Shown here: positions 1 to 10,625 of the stretch, piece by piece
Numbering within the stretch: the stretch's first letter is position 1
How the letters are laid out: each line of letters starts with the position of its first letter
Origin: a virus
Virus record (IMG/VR): IMGVR_UViG_3300005096_000137
Location: 32,001-96,000 of that record
DNA length: 64,000 nucleotides
Reading direction: 5' to 3' (one strand)
Translations under genes and position numbers: made by a program
The notes under the pieces: generated by a model
The model's database searches: none
What the model saw: the letters and a program-made list of their open reading frames with translations, nothing else
Told to the model about the DNA's origin: nothing

Positions 1-137
1 GGTTTACGAACACCTGTTGATACGATTTCACAGGTTTCAGTATTGACTTTTAGATTGTAACCGGAGTGCCGCTTAGTCTCAGGATCATATGTGCCTGACT
101 CGGGGGTGTTGAATACATCCTCACGTTCTTTGCTCAT
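1..137 (-). CDS. hypothetical protein, 5' part (runs off window start)
   Basis: ATG at 137 overlaps the stop of the upstream exonuclease; open frame MSKEREDVFNTPESG... to the window edge. Confidence 0.6.
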   Translation of the reverse strand, partial: MSKEREDVFNTPESGTYDPETKRHSGYNLKVNTETCEIVSTGVRK

Positions 138-745
138 AGGTCAAACTCCATCAACTTCCGGTACACTTCAGCTTCGGCTCGGGCATCAGCGAGGGCGTCA
201 TGGGGGCAGTCATTCACTACATCCAATTGCCGGCACAAGTCCTTGAGCCCAACTCGTGGGAATGGTCTCGGCTGACATCGCCAGTACGCCTTATCATTCA
301 GGTAGATGGCAATTGACATAGTGTCTCGGGGATGGAAGTAAAAGAATGAATCGAACCCCTCAACCCCAAGCCAGGCTTTCAGGAACCCGGATTCAAACGA
401 CCAGTTCTGCGCGAGCGGAATGATCTTCTTGCCGAAAGGCAAGTCCAGATTATCGAACCATTCCCCAAGCCAATCCTCCACTTGCCACTTGGTTGGGGCA
501 TGGATCATCAACTCATCCAAATCAATACCATGGACGCTCGAAGACCGCTTATCTTCGTTCTCCCGCTTCTCGGGCTTCATGGTCATATAAAATGGGCTGA
601 TGCCTTTGATGGGTTCGATATTCGAGTCAAGTGGCACAATTGCAATTTGAATCACATCGTGAAGAGCCGGATCCGTCCCAGTTGTTTCTACGTCCACGGC
701 ACAAAGTACGTGCCCATTCCAATCTACAAATCCTGGTTGAACCAT
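134..745 (-). CDS. DEDDh 3'-5' exonuclease (DnaQ/RNase T-like)
   Basis: VDVETTG (ExoI), AQNWSFE (ExoII), HDALADA (ExoIII). Confidence 0.85.
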   Translation of the reverse strand: MVQPGFVDWNGHVLCAVDVETTGTDPALHDVIQIAIVPLDSNIEPIKGISPFYMTMKPEKRENEDKRSSSVHGIDLDELMIHAPTKWQVEDWLGEWFDNLDLPFGKKIIPLAQNWSFESGFLKAWLGVEGFDSFFYFHPRDTMSIAIYLNDKAYWRCQPRPFPRVGLKDLCRQLDVVNDCPHDALADARAEAEVYRKLMEFDL

Positions 746-1614
746 TATTTAGCCTCCCCATGACCATTGCGATCCCGGTAGGCAGCCTCATCGAAAAGCT
801 GATTGAAATCGTCGATGGAATCCGTGAAAAACGCATTAGCGGGTGGACGGTCATCCCCATCAGGGTGGCTATTCACAAAGTGACGGAGCATGAGTACATT
901 AGCCATCACATGGTCGAGGTGGTGTTCCCCTGACTCAGGGTCAATATCTTCACCGAGATAGAACCACTTGAAGAGATGACGAAGCGTACAATCGAACGCA
1001 CTACTCCAAGCCATACCCTTGGCCCAATTCCAGGGCCTGTATTTGATCTTCCCCCCCATCAATACACGAGCTGTACCCGCAAGGAGGTGCAACGGAATTA
1101 GGGATAATGCAGCTTTCCCACCGTTGCGGCGGGCGCCCGAGCCCTTTTTATCGCTGTTTAGGTTACCAATGGAAACATCACCATCAGACTTACCCTCGCG
1201 TGAATCCAATTCACGGTGGAGCGAATCTCTGTCAATGGGTCTATCGATATTGGGTGGACCAGCAGTATCACCAGAGGGGTTACCTACCCAGTCAGGGCGA
1301 ATCTGAATAGGTCGCACCCGAGGGGGTGGTCCCATGGGTAGCTTAACAAGGTCCCCGGGGTCTGGTGGGATACCACCAGGGGGCATTGGGTCGCCTGGAT
1401 GCTGAAACACAGCGTTGGGTTCAATATGGAGACTTGGTTGAGGTGGCTGAGATGCTGCCTTCAACATATCCGCCAATTCATCCCGCTGTTTGCCCAGGAT
1501 GTCGTCCTGTTGAGTGTTCAGTTCAAGCTGCTTTATTCGTTGGGCTCCCATATGGCTGGCATCCCGTTGTTGGATACGCCGGTCATCTGCATCTTGTCGT
1601 TCATTCTCGTTCAT
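745..1614 (-). CDS. dATP/dGTP diphosphohydrolase-like protein (DUF5664-type C-terminal domain, Pro-rich N-terminus)
   Basis: GARRNGGK..LSLIP...VLMGGKIKYRPWNWAKGM...RHL...GEDIDPESGEHHLDH pattern. Confidence 0.75.
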   Translation of the reverse strand: MNENERQDADDRRIQQRDASHMGAQRIKQLELNTQQDDILGKQRDELADMLKAASQPPQPSLHIEPNAVFQHPGDPMPPGGIPPDPGDLVKLPMGPPPRVRPIQIRPDWVGNPSGDTAGPPNIDRPIDRDSLHRELDSREGKSDGDVSIGNLNSDKKGSGARRNGGKAALSLIPLHLLAGTARVLMGGKIKYRPWNWAKGMAWSSAFDCTLRHLFKWFYLGEDIDPESGEHHLDHVMANVLMLRHFVNSHPDGDDRPPANAFFTDSIDDFNQLFDEAAYRDRNGHGEAK

Positions 1615-1667
1615 CTTGTATCCTCTACCGTTGTCTACCTGACTGGGAGGGCCCCAGTCAATTATCC

Positions 1668-1696
1668 AGTATAACCTAACCTTTCAATTAAAACAA
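1668..1696 (-). promoter_or_regulatory. sigma70-like promoter for the 1614 gene
   Basis: TTGTTT-17 nt-TATACT on the minus strand. Confidence 0.45.
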
Positions 1697-1705
1697 GCGA
1701 TATTC

Positions 1706-4513
1706 TTACTTCTTTGATCGCCGCCCCAGGGGTTTAAGCTTCAGACGCCCCTTGACAACCTCCAGGTATTGCCCAGTGGTCTTTGAATCAGCACTCCATG
1801 AGATATTGCCGACATAAGTACCACCCTTCCCTCCGGACTTGCCGGTAACAAAAGGACGAGGGAGGCGGAGGGAGAACTGCTTCTGGCTCCAGTACTCTTC
1901 GTCATCAGCCGAAAGGGTAACCCGAAAACGGTCATAGACTTCGCCAAACAAAACCTTTGCGCCGGGGCACTCGAAGGCAGTCTCCGTGAAGAACCGAGCG
2001 ATAGGATCCATCGTCAGGGCTTCAACGGCTTCCTTCTCGCGAGTTGCCATCACAGGGATCCGAAGTCGACCGGACGCTGGTGGTATGTCCCAGTCCATTA
2101 GTGTCCGCATGAAATGGGGAGCTTCAGCTTCAAGAGACTTCTTGAGGAGGCTCTTCGGAATCTCATCATCATAGTCAATCTCTGACACGTACAGCATGGT
2201 GACTCGGGTGTCCCCGTGCATGATGGGGCAATAGGACCGGTCATTGGCACAATGAACAAAGTGGAGACTGTTCCGGAGCATGTAGGTGTCCGTCCGCATC
2301 TGCCGAATGGCGATGTAATCGGATGTAATCCAATCCTTCATTCGGTTAAGAGCACGTTCCCCGTTCTTCCCATTTAGGTTGGTCTCTTCGACAACTGCAA
2401 GCACTGCATTTGCCAACTCCCCGTTGTGCTCGCCAGTTGTCTTTAGCGGGTTATCTGCTTTACAGTAACCCCCCGTGAACAACTGACGTGCTGCTTCGTG
2501 GAAGATGGATTTACCGGAATTCTCAGGACCATGCAGAAACAAGTAGGGCAGTGGCTCAAATGGCTCACGGAGCATGGCGGCGATCCAAAGCTGAAGGTAT
2601 TGGCGACCCGTCTTAACGTTGTACTTGTTCGCCCAGATATCGTCTACTAGAACCTCACCCAAGTCCTTTCCAATGTGGTCAAGAATCATATCCCAGTGGG
2701 GGTGGACTGGTTCCTCTTTGTCACCCAGGATTGCTGGGGCATAATTGAGCTGAGGGGCTTTGTGATTCCACTGCCGATTGCCTGGGAATTCAGGCTGGAA
2801 CGGCATGTTCACAAGCCGCCACCGTTTCTTCAAAATCGTACCCATGATGTGTTCAGCATCACCCTTGGCAACAAAGTCACTCTGGAGCATAAGCTTGATG
2901 TTGTTGGATGGGTGCATATCCCATTCCTTCTGGGAAGCATCCCAGGCTGCCCACCCTGCCTGGTCACCAGCCGTTGACATCAGGACGCGATACATCCCAT
3001 CGTACTCAGGATAATCCACGTTCTTCATCTCGCGGGGATCACACTCCACCTCAAACATCCGTTCCCAGAAAGTCTTATTCAGAATCCAGTGGTGGCTGGG
3101 CTTGGCGTCACTCTCGTGCTTTTCCACCCTTACCGATAATTCGTTGGACTTCAGCTCATGTTTTAGGATGACCTTCCGGTCCCCCTCAGCCCACTGCTTG
3201 ATATCATCCATCTGGGTTGCCTTGACCCCAAGTGCGGTCATTGCCTGCATGGCATGCCGAACACATGTAAAGTAAAAACTCCCATCCTTGGATTTGGCCG
3301 CCTGCATCGAGAGTGCAGCCGCCTTCAGATTTGGACGACAATTGAAGAATGTGGTTGTGTACCCACGTCCATCCTGGTCCCAGGTCTCATGCTCGTGATG
3401 ACCCTTACTGAATCGGTAAACCTTCCAACCGCCATCAGCCATTGGGAACGCGAAGGCATTTGGTTCGGCTAGATTGTTACCATCAGAGTTGGTCTCAAAG
3501 AACCCTGCGTACTTATCAGGATGTGTTTCCCTTAGTTGTGCGAACCCAGCCGTGTGCGTCTGCAACAGATTGTATTCGGGAATCCAGACAGTTGTACAGT
3601 TGCATTCCTCCGAAAGTGCCTCGATGATTTCATGATGGACTTCGTCCAGAGAAACCATATCCCGGGCGCTTGCCATCACATCGAAAGCTTCGTCTTCCTT
3701 GGTGGGGATACCCCGAACCTTGATCTTCGTTCGCTTTCGAGTCACCACATCAATGTGGTCACGCCAGTTGATTGGAAGATCACTAAGTGTTAATTCCTGA
3801 GTACTATCCTGGATAACCGCCAGCCCTTCATTCTGGGCAGTTGCATCACGATGCCAAATCCACATGTTTCCACCACAGGCATCAATAGCTGAGGCAAAGT
3901 TGAACCCGGACTCTTGGCTCATCTTGCTGAGGATACAACGACCCAGCCCTTGATGGATGGTGTGGTTCTCGGTAGGGATGCCAGCATCATCGAAGTACAC
4001 GTACATGTGGTAACCTTTACCGCGTGTACTCTTCCGGGTCTGAACCCAGGGGATCCGCATTGCTGCTTCCCGGACCTGCGAGAGCTGAACTTCATCGACT
4101 CCGACACCGGGTGCATGCCCAGTGATGGCATCAAAGTCAAATGCCACCCACCGTGAGACTCGGTGGCACCAGTCCCACCCTGTCATACCAACCGCTTCTG
4201 CGTTCATTGACAATGACCAAGGCAGCACCTTGTCCTCGAAATGGGGGAAGTCGGTCATGGCGTCGGCCGGGATGCGGATGTTCCAAAACTGGACACCGTC
4301 TTTGGTCCAAGTGTTTCGTCGCCCTTCGACTGCCTCAGCGCCACTGCCCGAGACGTTGACTTGAACTTCCATGTTGATTGAGAACCGCTCCAGCATATCT
4401 GGATTGTTCACCAGGGGCCGCTTCTGGCCTTTGGGCTCCATTGGGTTTCGTGGGAGGTTGCCAGCAGCAGCGGCGTCCAAGAATGATTTGATTACTTCGC
4501 GAGTCGTCTTCAT
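1706..4513 (-). CDS. primase-helicase (primase-like N-terminus, D5/SF3-like NTPase C-terminus)
   Basis: DFD and GYHMY primase-like motifs; Walker A GPENSGKS; VVEE Walker B; start moved to ATG 4513, which has an upstream GAAAGG RBS. Confidence 0.75.
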   Translation of the reverse strand: MKTTREVIKSFLDAAAAGNLPRNPMEPKGQKRPLVNNPDMLERFSINMEVQVNVSGSGAEAVEGRRNTWTKDGVQFWNIRIPADAMTDFPHFEDKVLPWSLSMNAEAVGMTGWDWCHRVSRWVAFDFDAITGHAPGVGVDEVQLSQVREAAMRIPWVQTRKSTRGKGYHMYVYFDDAGIPTENHTIHQGLGRCILSKMSQESGFNFASAIDACGGNMWIWHRDATAQNEGLAVIQDSTQELTLSDLPINWRDHIDVVTRKRTKIKVRGIPTKEDEAFDVMASARDMVSLDEVHHEIIEALSEECNCTTVWIPEYNLLQTHTAGFAQLRETHPDKYAGFFETNSDGNNLAEPNAFAFPMADGGWKVYRFSKGHHEHETWDQDGRGYTTTFFNCRPNLKAAALSMQAAKSKDGSFYFTCVRHAMQAMTALGVKATQMDDIKQWAEGDRKVILKHELKSNELSVRVEKHESDAKPSHHWILNKTFWERMFEVECDPREMKNVDYPEYDGMYRVLMSTAGDQAGWAAWDASQKEWDMHPSNNIKLMLQSDFVAKGDAEHIMGTILKKRWRLVNMPFQPEFPGNRQWNHKAPQLNYAPAILGDKEEPVHPHWDMILDHIGKDLGEVLVDDIWANKYNVKTGRQYLQLWIAAMLREPFEPLPYLFLHGPENSGKSIFHEAARQLFTGGYCKADNPLKTTGEHNGELANAVLAVVEETNLNGKNGERALNRMKDWITSDYIAIRQMRTDTYMLRNSLHFVHCANDRSYCPIMHGDTRVTMLYVSEIDYDDEIPKSLLKKSLEAEAPHFMRTLMDWDIPPASGRLRIPVMATREKEAVEALTMDPIARFFTETAFECPGAKVLFGEVYDRFRVTLSADDEEYWSQKQFSLRLPRPFVTGKSGGKGGTYVGNISWSADSKTTGQYLEVVKGRLKLKPLGRRSKK

Positions 4514-4957
4514 TTCTGACCTTTCGTGTTTAATCTTGTATGTCCCGAGTATACTTGAAATTGGACAACGAACTAGGGCAAAATGGAATAATCCTGACAA
4601 GGGTCGATCCAAAACCTATCGACCTTCCACTTAACCTGGGATTGGCATTGGAGTTACGTCAATTGTTAAGACTAATCCTCTTTTCTTACCTTATCCTCTA
4701 TATGAAGTTTTCTCTCTCTCTAAAAACATATAAGTACTAAGGGACCTAAGGGTATTGACCCTTTTTATTCGTAACCTGTTGATACGATTGAGGTTACGTG
4801 GGAAGGGATAGACCCTCGTGGACCCCATGATTAACTACCTCTTAAGGGTGCCAGTATAGATCGTAAGGGTTGTCCAGATTCCAATGGGTCATTATTTCAG
4901 AAACTTTCCACAAAATCGACAAAATCCCAATAATTCCAACCCGTTAGGTCGTGAGGC

Positions 4958-5914
4958 TTGGTACAATATAGTATGGACGTATCTACTGTACCAATTGAAA
5001 TGATTGACCCACCTAATCCGATTCTCCGGAGATTCTCTGAGAATTCGGTTCAGTTCCTAGAACTTGTTGACCAAATCAAGTCCTGTGGTGGGGCATTACA
5101 AGCCCCACCCGCACGCCCTGTTGAGAGGGGTCGGGTTCAGCTATGTGATGGTTATCGCCGCTATCGGGCAACCATTAAAGCAGGTCTCTCCCACATGAAC
5201 CTGGTTATTCAGGAGATGGATGATGTCGAGTACCTGGCAAACCAGATGCTCTGCAACTCTATGCACGAAGAAACGGACTGGATCGATTACGCAAAACACC
5301 TTGATCGCCTTCGGCATCTTAATAACACCGAGATGACGTTGCGAGACCTGGCAGGTTACTGTAGTCGGTCAACCCAGTGGGTACGCCAGGTTTTGAACCT
5401 CAACCACCTCCATCCCCACTTTGCTAAGATGGTGAAGAATAACGAAGTCCCAATTGGTAACGCCAAGATGTTGGCTCGATTACCATTGAGTGAGCAGGTA
5501 CACTTCATTGATGATGCCCAAACCATGGGGTCCATGGAATTTGTACGGGTGGTTCGCCGGGCTATCAATGATTACCGGGAAGGTATCAAGCAGGGCAGGC
5601 TTCTGAAACTGGGGAAGGACAATTTCCGCCCAGTTATGCGTGACCTCCGGGTTGTTGAAGAGGAATTGCGATCCCCTTCCCATCTCCCTGCACTCATTGT
5701 CGCAGCGGGTATTACTAACGTGGCGGAGGCCGCCCAGCTTGCTCTTCAGTGGGCGTTCCGGGTTGATCCTAAGACTCTCGCAGAGCGTCAGGAGAGTGTC
5801 CATGCCAACGAAGTCCAGCACCTCCAAGATACTGAATATCGCAAGCACGCACGAAAACTTATACAATTTGCTGAAGAATCCCAGACACGCTCTTGTCCAA
5901 AGGGCGAGCTTTGA
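4958..5914 (+). CDS. ParB/Srx-like protein with HTH
   Basis: LCDGYRRYRA (GxRR) motif; HTH MTLRDLAGYCSRSTQWVRQVL. Confidence 0.75.
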   Translation: MVQYSMDVSTVPIEMIDPPNPILRRFSENSVQFLELVDQIKSCGGALQAPPARPVERGRVQLCDGYRRYRATIKAGLSHMNLVIQEMDDVEYLANQMLCNSMHEETDWIDYAKHLDRLRHLNNTEMTLRDLAGYCSRSTQWVRQVLNLNHLHPHFAKMVKNNEVPIGNAKMLARLPLSEQVHFIDDAQTMGSMEFVRVVRRAINDYREGIKQGRLLKLGKDNFRPVMRDLRVVEEELRSPSHLPALIVAAGITNVAEAAQLALQWAFRVDPKTLAERQESVHANEVQHLQDTEYRKHARKLIQFAEESQTRSCPKGEL

Positions 5915-6053
5915 TTACACTGGTCGATAGAGCAGTTGACTTTGTCATATCGTTTGATCGGTTAGCCCGTTTGACCTACCACTTGATGGTGGTTGGTGTT
6001 GAGGTTCACAATCGTTGAACCCATGTTATGTTTCGAGAAGAAAGTACAGAGTA

Positions 6054-6767
6054 ATGAGTAACGACATGATCCCCACAGATGTTTTCGGTGAAATCTCCAC
6101 AGAGGTTGATGACGACAAAGACTTCGCAGACATGAGTTCGTCCCCGTTTCTACAACGGCTCGAACTAAAATCTAAAGGAGCCCTCATCGATTCCGGGAAA
6201 GTTCGCCCGGGAGGTTATGCTATTATCAAATCGTCGGATGATGCTGTTGACCTTGGGTCCTCAGTTGACATTCTCCCCCTTGCACGACGTGCAAAGGCGA
6301 TTGATATGAGTGACAAGAAGAACGTTGTGGTTTCATATGACCGTAGCAGTGACGTTTTTGCGAGTATCGAAAAGCGATCGTCGCAGCAAGACAGCCACTG
6401 CCAATTCGGCTCCAGTTTCTTGGTGGTCGAACGTCGTACAGGTAAGATGTACGAGCTGTTCCTCGGTTCCAAATCAAACCGCCGAGAGACTGGTACCATC
6501 TCCAACTACTTACCTCAGGTGGTCAATGGAGAACGTGTCCAGCCCCAGCCTTTGACATTGAAGTCAAAGCACATTAAGAATGAGGAGAAAGGGTACTCTT
6601 GGTTCGTTATTGTTCCGACGCCCTGCTCGAATCCATTCACGAAGGACCAGATTCCTGATGGGGACCTGATTCGCGCTGAAATAGAGAAGTTCAAGGCTCC
6701 CGCCGAAGGTGGTGATGCCATTGAGGTCGAGAAGACTCCTGAGACTTCAAAACGACGCGCACGCTAG
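6054..6767 (+). CDS. putative ssDNA-binding/replication protein
   Basis: beta-rich composition, GYSWFV motif, replication context; weak call. Confidence 0.4.
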   Translation: MSNDMIPTDVFGEISTEVDDDKDFADMSSSPFLQRLELKSKGALIDSGKVRPGGYAIIKSSDDAVDLGSSVDILPLARRAKAIDMSDKKNVVVSYDRSSDVFASIEKRSSQQDSHCQFGSSFLVVERRTGKMYELFLGSKSNRRETGTISNYLPQVVNGERVQPQPLTLKSKHIKNEEKGYSWFVIVPTPCSNPFTKDQIPDGDLIRAEIEKFKAPAEGGDAIEVEKTPETSKRRAR

Positions 6768-6801
6768 GGTTGAGTTCAGCCCCATCATTGGGGCCCTTTC
6801 G

Positions 6802-6836
6802 AGCCCAGCAGGTATCCCCTACCTGTTGGGCTTTTT
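6802..6836 (+). terminator. intrinsic terminator
   Basis: agcccagcaggta...tacctgttgggct stem followed by T-tract. Confidence 0.7.
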
Positions 6837-6868
6837 ACTGAAACACAAGAACCACACGAGACAAACCA

Positions 6869-7129
6869 ATGGGTTGGATAAACGAAAACGGCGAGTACAT
6901 TGACCAACTTGGTGACATGGATAACAGCCACTTGTTGTTCTTTGCCCAGAGGATGGTAGACGTCTTCAGACATCACCAGGACGAGTGCTTGTTCCGGATG
7001 CTGAAGGGCAGCGAATTCGACGAAGACCACGCTTGTCATATGCACAAACCGTTGGTATTTACTTACCCCTTGACTGAACTTGTGGCGGAGTGTCAGAAAC
7101 GCGGGCTTCCTTTGAATACTTCCAGATAA
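6869..7129 (+). CDS. hypothetical protein
   Basis: 86-aa ORF between terminator and tRNAs. Confidence 0.55.
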   Translation: MGWINENGEYIDQLGDMDNSHLLFFAQRMVDVFRHHQDECLFRMLKGSEFDEDHACHMHKPLVFTYPLTELVAECQKRGLPLNTSR

Positions 7130-7136
7130 ACATTAT

Positions 7137-7208
7137 TGCGGGATGGTCGCTGGTGACCCAGCAGGTCTCATAAGCCTGCCTTCGGTGGTTCGATTCCACC
7201 TCCCGCAA
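7137..7208 (+). tRNA. tRNA-Met/fMet-like (CAT)
   Basis: acceptor tgcggga/tcccgca, loop ctCATaa, T-loop ttcgatt. Confidence 0.75.
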
Positions 7209-7210
7209 CT

Positions 7211-7276
7211 TGGCGTATAGTCGGTGACCCCAGGACTCATGAGCCGGGGAGGTTGGTTCAACTCCAACTGCGCTAT
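7211..7276 (+). tRNA. tRNA (CAT) with truncated D arm
   Basis: acceptor tggcgta/tgcgcta, loop ctCATga, T arm gttggttcaactccaac, D arm about 9 nt. Confidence 0.5.
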
Positions 7277-7342
7277 TCGTTAATTGTCCCGCCAGACATT
7301 TGTCTGCAAACCAGCTTCGGCTGGCGCGGGCCGGAAACAGAT

Positions 7343-7426
<84 letters not shown>

Positions 7427-7440
7427 CTTTAGACAGCTTC

Positions 7441-7525
7441 GCTCTCTTGGTGGAATTGGGATACACATCAGGTTTAAGCCCTGACGCCCGTTGAGGGATT
7501 GAAGGTTCGAGTCCTTCAGGGAGCA
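7441..7525 (+). tRNA. tRNA-Leu (TAA)
   Basis: tcagg-ttTAAgc-cctga, long variable arm. Confidence 0.9.
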
Positions 7526-7753
7526 CTTTACTTTACTTTTGGAGAACACTATGAACGAGAGACCCGAGTTTATTAGCCCACCAGTAGATGCTCTACAGGC
7601 ATCTGAGGCACTCCAAGCAAACCTCAAAAAGGGTCTCGAAGATCTCATCAAACTAGGGGGCTCTGACGCTGACATCCAGGCACATCAGACAGCCCTTGAT
7701 GCTTTAAGAAAGTCCGATGTGTCTTTAAGAGAGTCTGGTGAGGCAAAGACCCC

Positions 7754-8110
7754 ATGAAACTAGTACGACAACCACCTTGTTCAAATCTATGTGGTCAGGC
7801 CTGCATTGCCACAGTTCTAAACATCACCTTGGACGAATCAATCGAGTTGATGGGTACCAAAGGTAAAACGGATACTCGGCAACTCAAGGACGCCTTGGAT
7901 GCCCATGGTGTTGAGCATGGCGACCGGCGTATCCGGGGCTTTCCTACCTCTGGGTCTGCTATTCTCTGGTTTACCAGTGATTTTGGTAAGCATTGGGTTG
8001 TCTGGCACAACAAGAAGTATTATGATCCAATTGCAGGGGTTCATCGGAAGCTCCCCAACCACTTGGAGACTGCCCGAGTTACCTCCCACTTACCAGTGAT
8101 AATCAAATGA
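7754..8110 (+). CDS. C39-like cysteine peptidase domain protein
   Basis: Q...CGQACIA, HWVV, YYDP (Cys/His/Asp triad pattern). Confidence 0.6.
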   Translation: MKLVRQPPCSNLCGQACIATVLNITLDESIELMGTKGKTDTRQLKDALDAHGVEHGDRRIRGFPTSGSAILWFTSDFGKHWVVWHNKKYYDPIAGVHRKLPNHLETARVTSHLPVIIK

Positions 8111-9756
8111 CTCAGGAATCAGCGGAAGCGTTCTATGACAAACTTGAGCGACACCTCGACTATTTCCGCAAGGAATTCGATTTAACCTACTTTGAGCTGG
8201 TGGGTGCATTGACGCACATGGCTCACACTCTTTCCAGCGAGGCTGAAGCCCTTGACGAAGAATCAACCGAATACGAAGACGAAGACGAAGACGAAGACGA
8301 AGCCTATGGCACGGGCTTCGACGAAGGGTTCCAAGAAGGGTTCAAAACCTGCCAAGAGGAAGGTAACGGCACCGTTGACCGAGGCCTCCGTGCAGGACAC
8401 AAAGAAGTCCTCGAAGATGGGCACGGGTCACCGGACCAGTTCGACGCAGGTCACAGAACCGGGTACGAGTACGGTCTCGAAGAAGGCCGGGACAAAGGCT
8501 ACAACGAGGGCTACAAGGACGGGCTCCAAGAAGGCCAAGACAAAGGAACCCGTGATTCCAATAGAGTGGATGAGGGCAAAGAAGGACCAGACTGACTGTT
8601 CTAAGAGGCGGAAATGGATGTCTCGGTGTGGTCGGTTCAAAGTGGTGGAGTGCATCAGCCTACTGGGTTTGAACACAATCTACTATGCCATAAGGTTTCA
8701 ACGAATGGATGACGGGCGAGTCCAAGAGTACATCATCAGTCGGCATCGGAAACGTAATCCAGCAGAAAAGGCGTGTGACAAATGGCAACGGAAGCGGAAG
8801 TAAAATCAAGAGAAGTCAGGCTGACTGCTGATTGGAAGTTCAAGATTGGTCTGCGGAAACGGCTGCGGGAATCATTGAAGAAATACGACGGGTCAGTGTT
8901 CGAGATGATTGGGGCTTTGACTGCCCTAGCGTCTCAGATTTCTGTGTTATCAGAAGGTTGGACGTCCCAGGCGGGTGGTGAAGTCTATATTGATTTGGCT
9001 GACTTTCTAACTGAAGCTCGGGTGGATAAAGACTTGACCCTTCCGACCATAGTAGGTATCTTGAATATCATGGCGTTGGATATTAACCGTCTGGGGTTTA
9101 CAGTTGCCACATCATGAGTCGTACATCAGAGCGGGTTATGTCAAGTCAGAATTTCTACAAAGACTTACAAGTTCTTGCCCAGCGTGTGGGTGAGGCCCAA
9201 GGTCTGGATTTCTCAGAACTAATTGGGGCCTTAATTACAGTTCGCCAATACTTGGCTCCAGGTTGTGGGCATACCACACTAGGTCTCCAGGCTGCCACAC
9301 GTAAGATGCTGAGGGAAGTCACTGATCTTATTGACCAACATAGCGTCAATCTGGATCAGGTTATCGGTTCAATCACGATATTGGTTGCAAAGATTACATC
9401 TGTTGGATTAGAACAGGAGTCAACAGCTTGGATATCAGCAAAGAAGGAGAATCCTAATGGCTACCCCAATTAAATCCTTCTATGCTGAATTAGCAGACGC
9501 TTTGGAATCAGTGATTGATGCTGGGGACCTGGACTATGTGGGTATCCTGGGGCTCCTTACGCTCGTCCAACATCATTGTCTCCACGTAAATGACACCCAG
9601 CTCCCTATCATGGATGAGGTCGCGGATCTATTTTCCGTAACGGTTGGGAGGCTACAATTTGAACACAAGGTCACCCAGAGCCAGGTCGTCGGGGCTTTGA
9701 CGCTGTTGAAAGCCCAAACGGCTGAGATTGGCATGAGTGTCTGGGGACAGCAATGA
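8107..9756 (+). CDS. cluster of small related helical proteins (8107-8595, 8782-9117, 9114-9473, 9457-9756) plus an unrelated basic ORF (about 8570-8803)
   Basis: shared motif L(T/D)xxEhhGAL; overlapping start/stop codons. Confidence 0.6.
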
Positions 9757-10625
9757 ACAAACCACAAATGACTAAGGAACAACTCCTCAAGGCTCTGAGC
9801 GGCGTTTCTAAGCTCGTTGAGTGTTCACCCTGGTGGGAGAAGAATATGCTTGAAGAAGCGTCCAAATCGACCTGTGACGAGCCCAGACGACCAGTTCCTC
9901 GCGGCACCCTCAAGGCAGAACGAGTCCCTGAGGTGAATGCAGCCCAAGACGGGCTTCTCAAGAAGTTGGAGAAGGTCGCGGAGTTAGTGGCAAAGCGACC
10001 CCTGTGGCAGAGGGGTCTCCTTGACGACTGCAATAAAGCGACGTATGATAGACCTGTGGACTATGGTCCCGATGAGTGGCTGACCCTCTACAAAGACCTG
10101 GTCTCTGCCCACGGGTGGGGTTCAGAACAGGCTGAAGAGTTCAAGGCAAACTATTCTGGGAATGATAGGTTCAGTCACATGGTTGGAGAATTTGAGAAGG
10201 CTGAGCGTGGCAGTGTCCCTAAGTCAGATGAGCATGGACCCACTGAGTGGCTGATTATCTACAAGGCCTTCGTCTTTTCGTATGGTCTGGGTTCCGAGAC
10301 GGCTGAGATTTACAAAGGTACCCACTCAGACAATGATTGCTTCAACTACATGGTAGGACTCTTTGACCAGGCTGAGCGGGGCGAACTTGATGAGCCAGAT
10401 GATCAATGTGATGGATTGGATGAACCTGAACCTGAGCCTCCTAAACCAGGTGAGGCCCAACCCATTATCCTGACTTATGCGAAGCTGATTCATGACTATG
10501 GGTACAGGTCCCCTCAAGCTGAGAACTTCCGTATCCACTACGAGGATGATGCAACCTTTCTTCATCAGGCACAGACACTTGAATTCCACATGATGGACTC
10601 CCCTAGAACAAGGTATTCGGAATGA
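9753..10625 (+). CDS. repeat protein (3 copies of YxxLxxxxGxxSxxAxxF repeat)
   Basis: repeat visible by eye; ATGA coupling. Confidence 0.7.
   Translation: MNKPQMTKEQLLKALSGVSKLVECSPWWEKNMLEEASKSTCDEPRRPVPRGTLKAERVPEVNAAQDGLLKKLEKVAELVAKRPLWQRGLLDDCNKATYDRPVDYGPDEWLTLYKDLVSAHGWGSEQAEEFKANYSGNDRFSHMVGEFEKAERGSVPKSDEHGPTEWLIIYKAFVFSYGLGSETAEIYKGTHSDNDCFNYMVGLFDQAERGELDEPDDQCDGLDEPEPEPPKPGEAQPIILTYAKLIHDYGYRSPQAENFRIHYEDDATFLHQAQTLEFHMMDSPRTRYSE

Noticed and set aside
12-27. 16-bp exact match (acctgttgatacgatt) to 4774-4789
   Set aside because: One copy is inside a coding region, and a single 16-mer match within 64 kb is expected by chance at appreciable frequency
745-1614. Evidence for a modified-base (e.g. 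Z or deazaguanine) genome from the dNTP diphosphohydrolase and MazG
   Set aside because: No purZ, queuosine-pathway or other base-synthesis genes in this window
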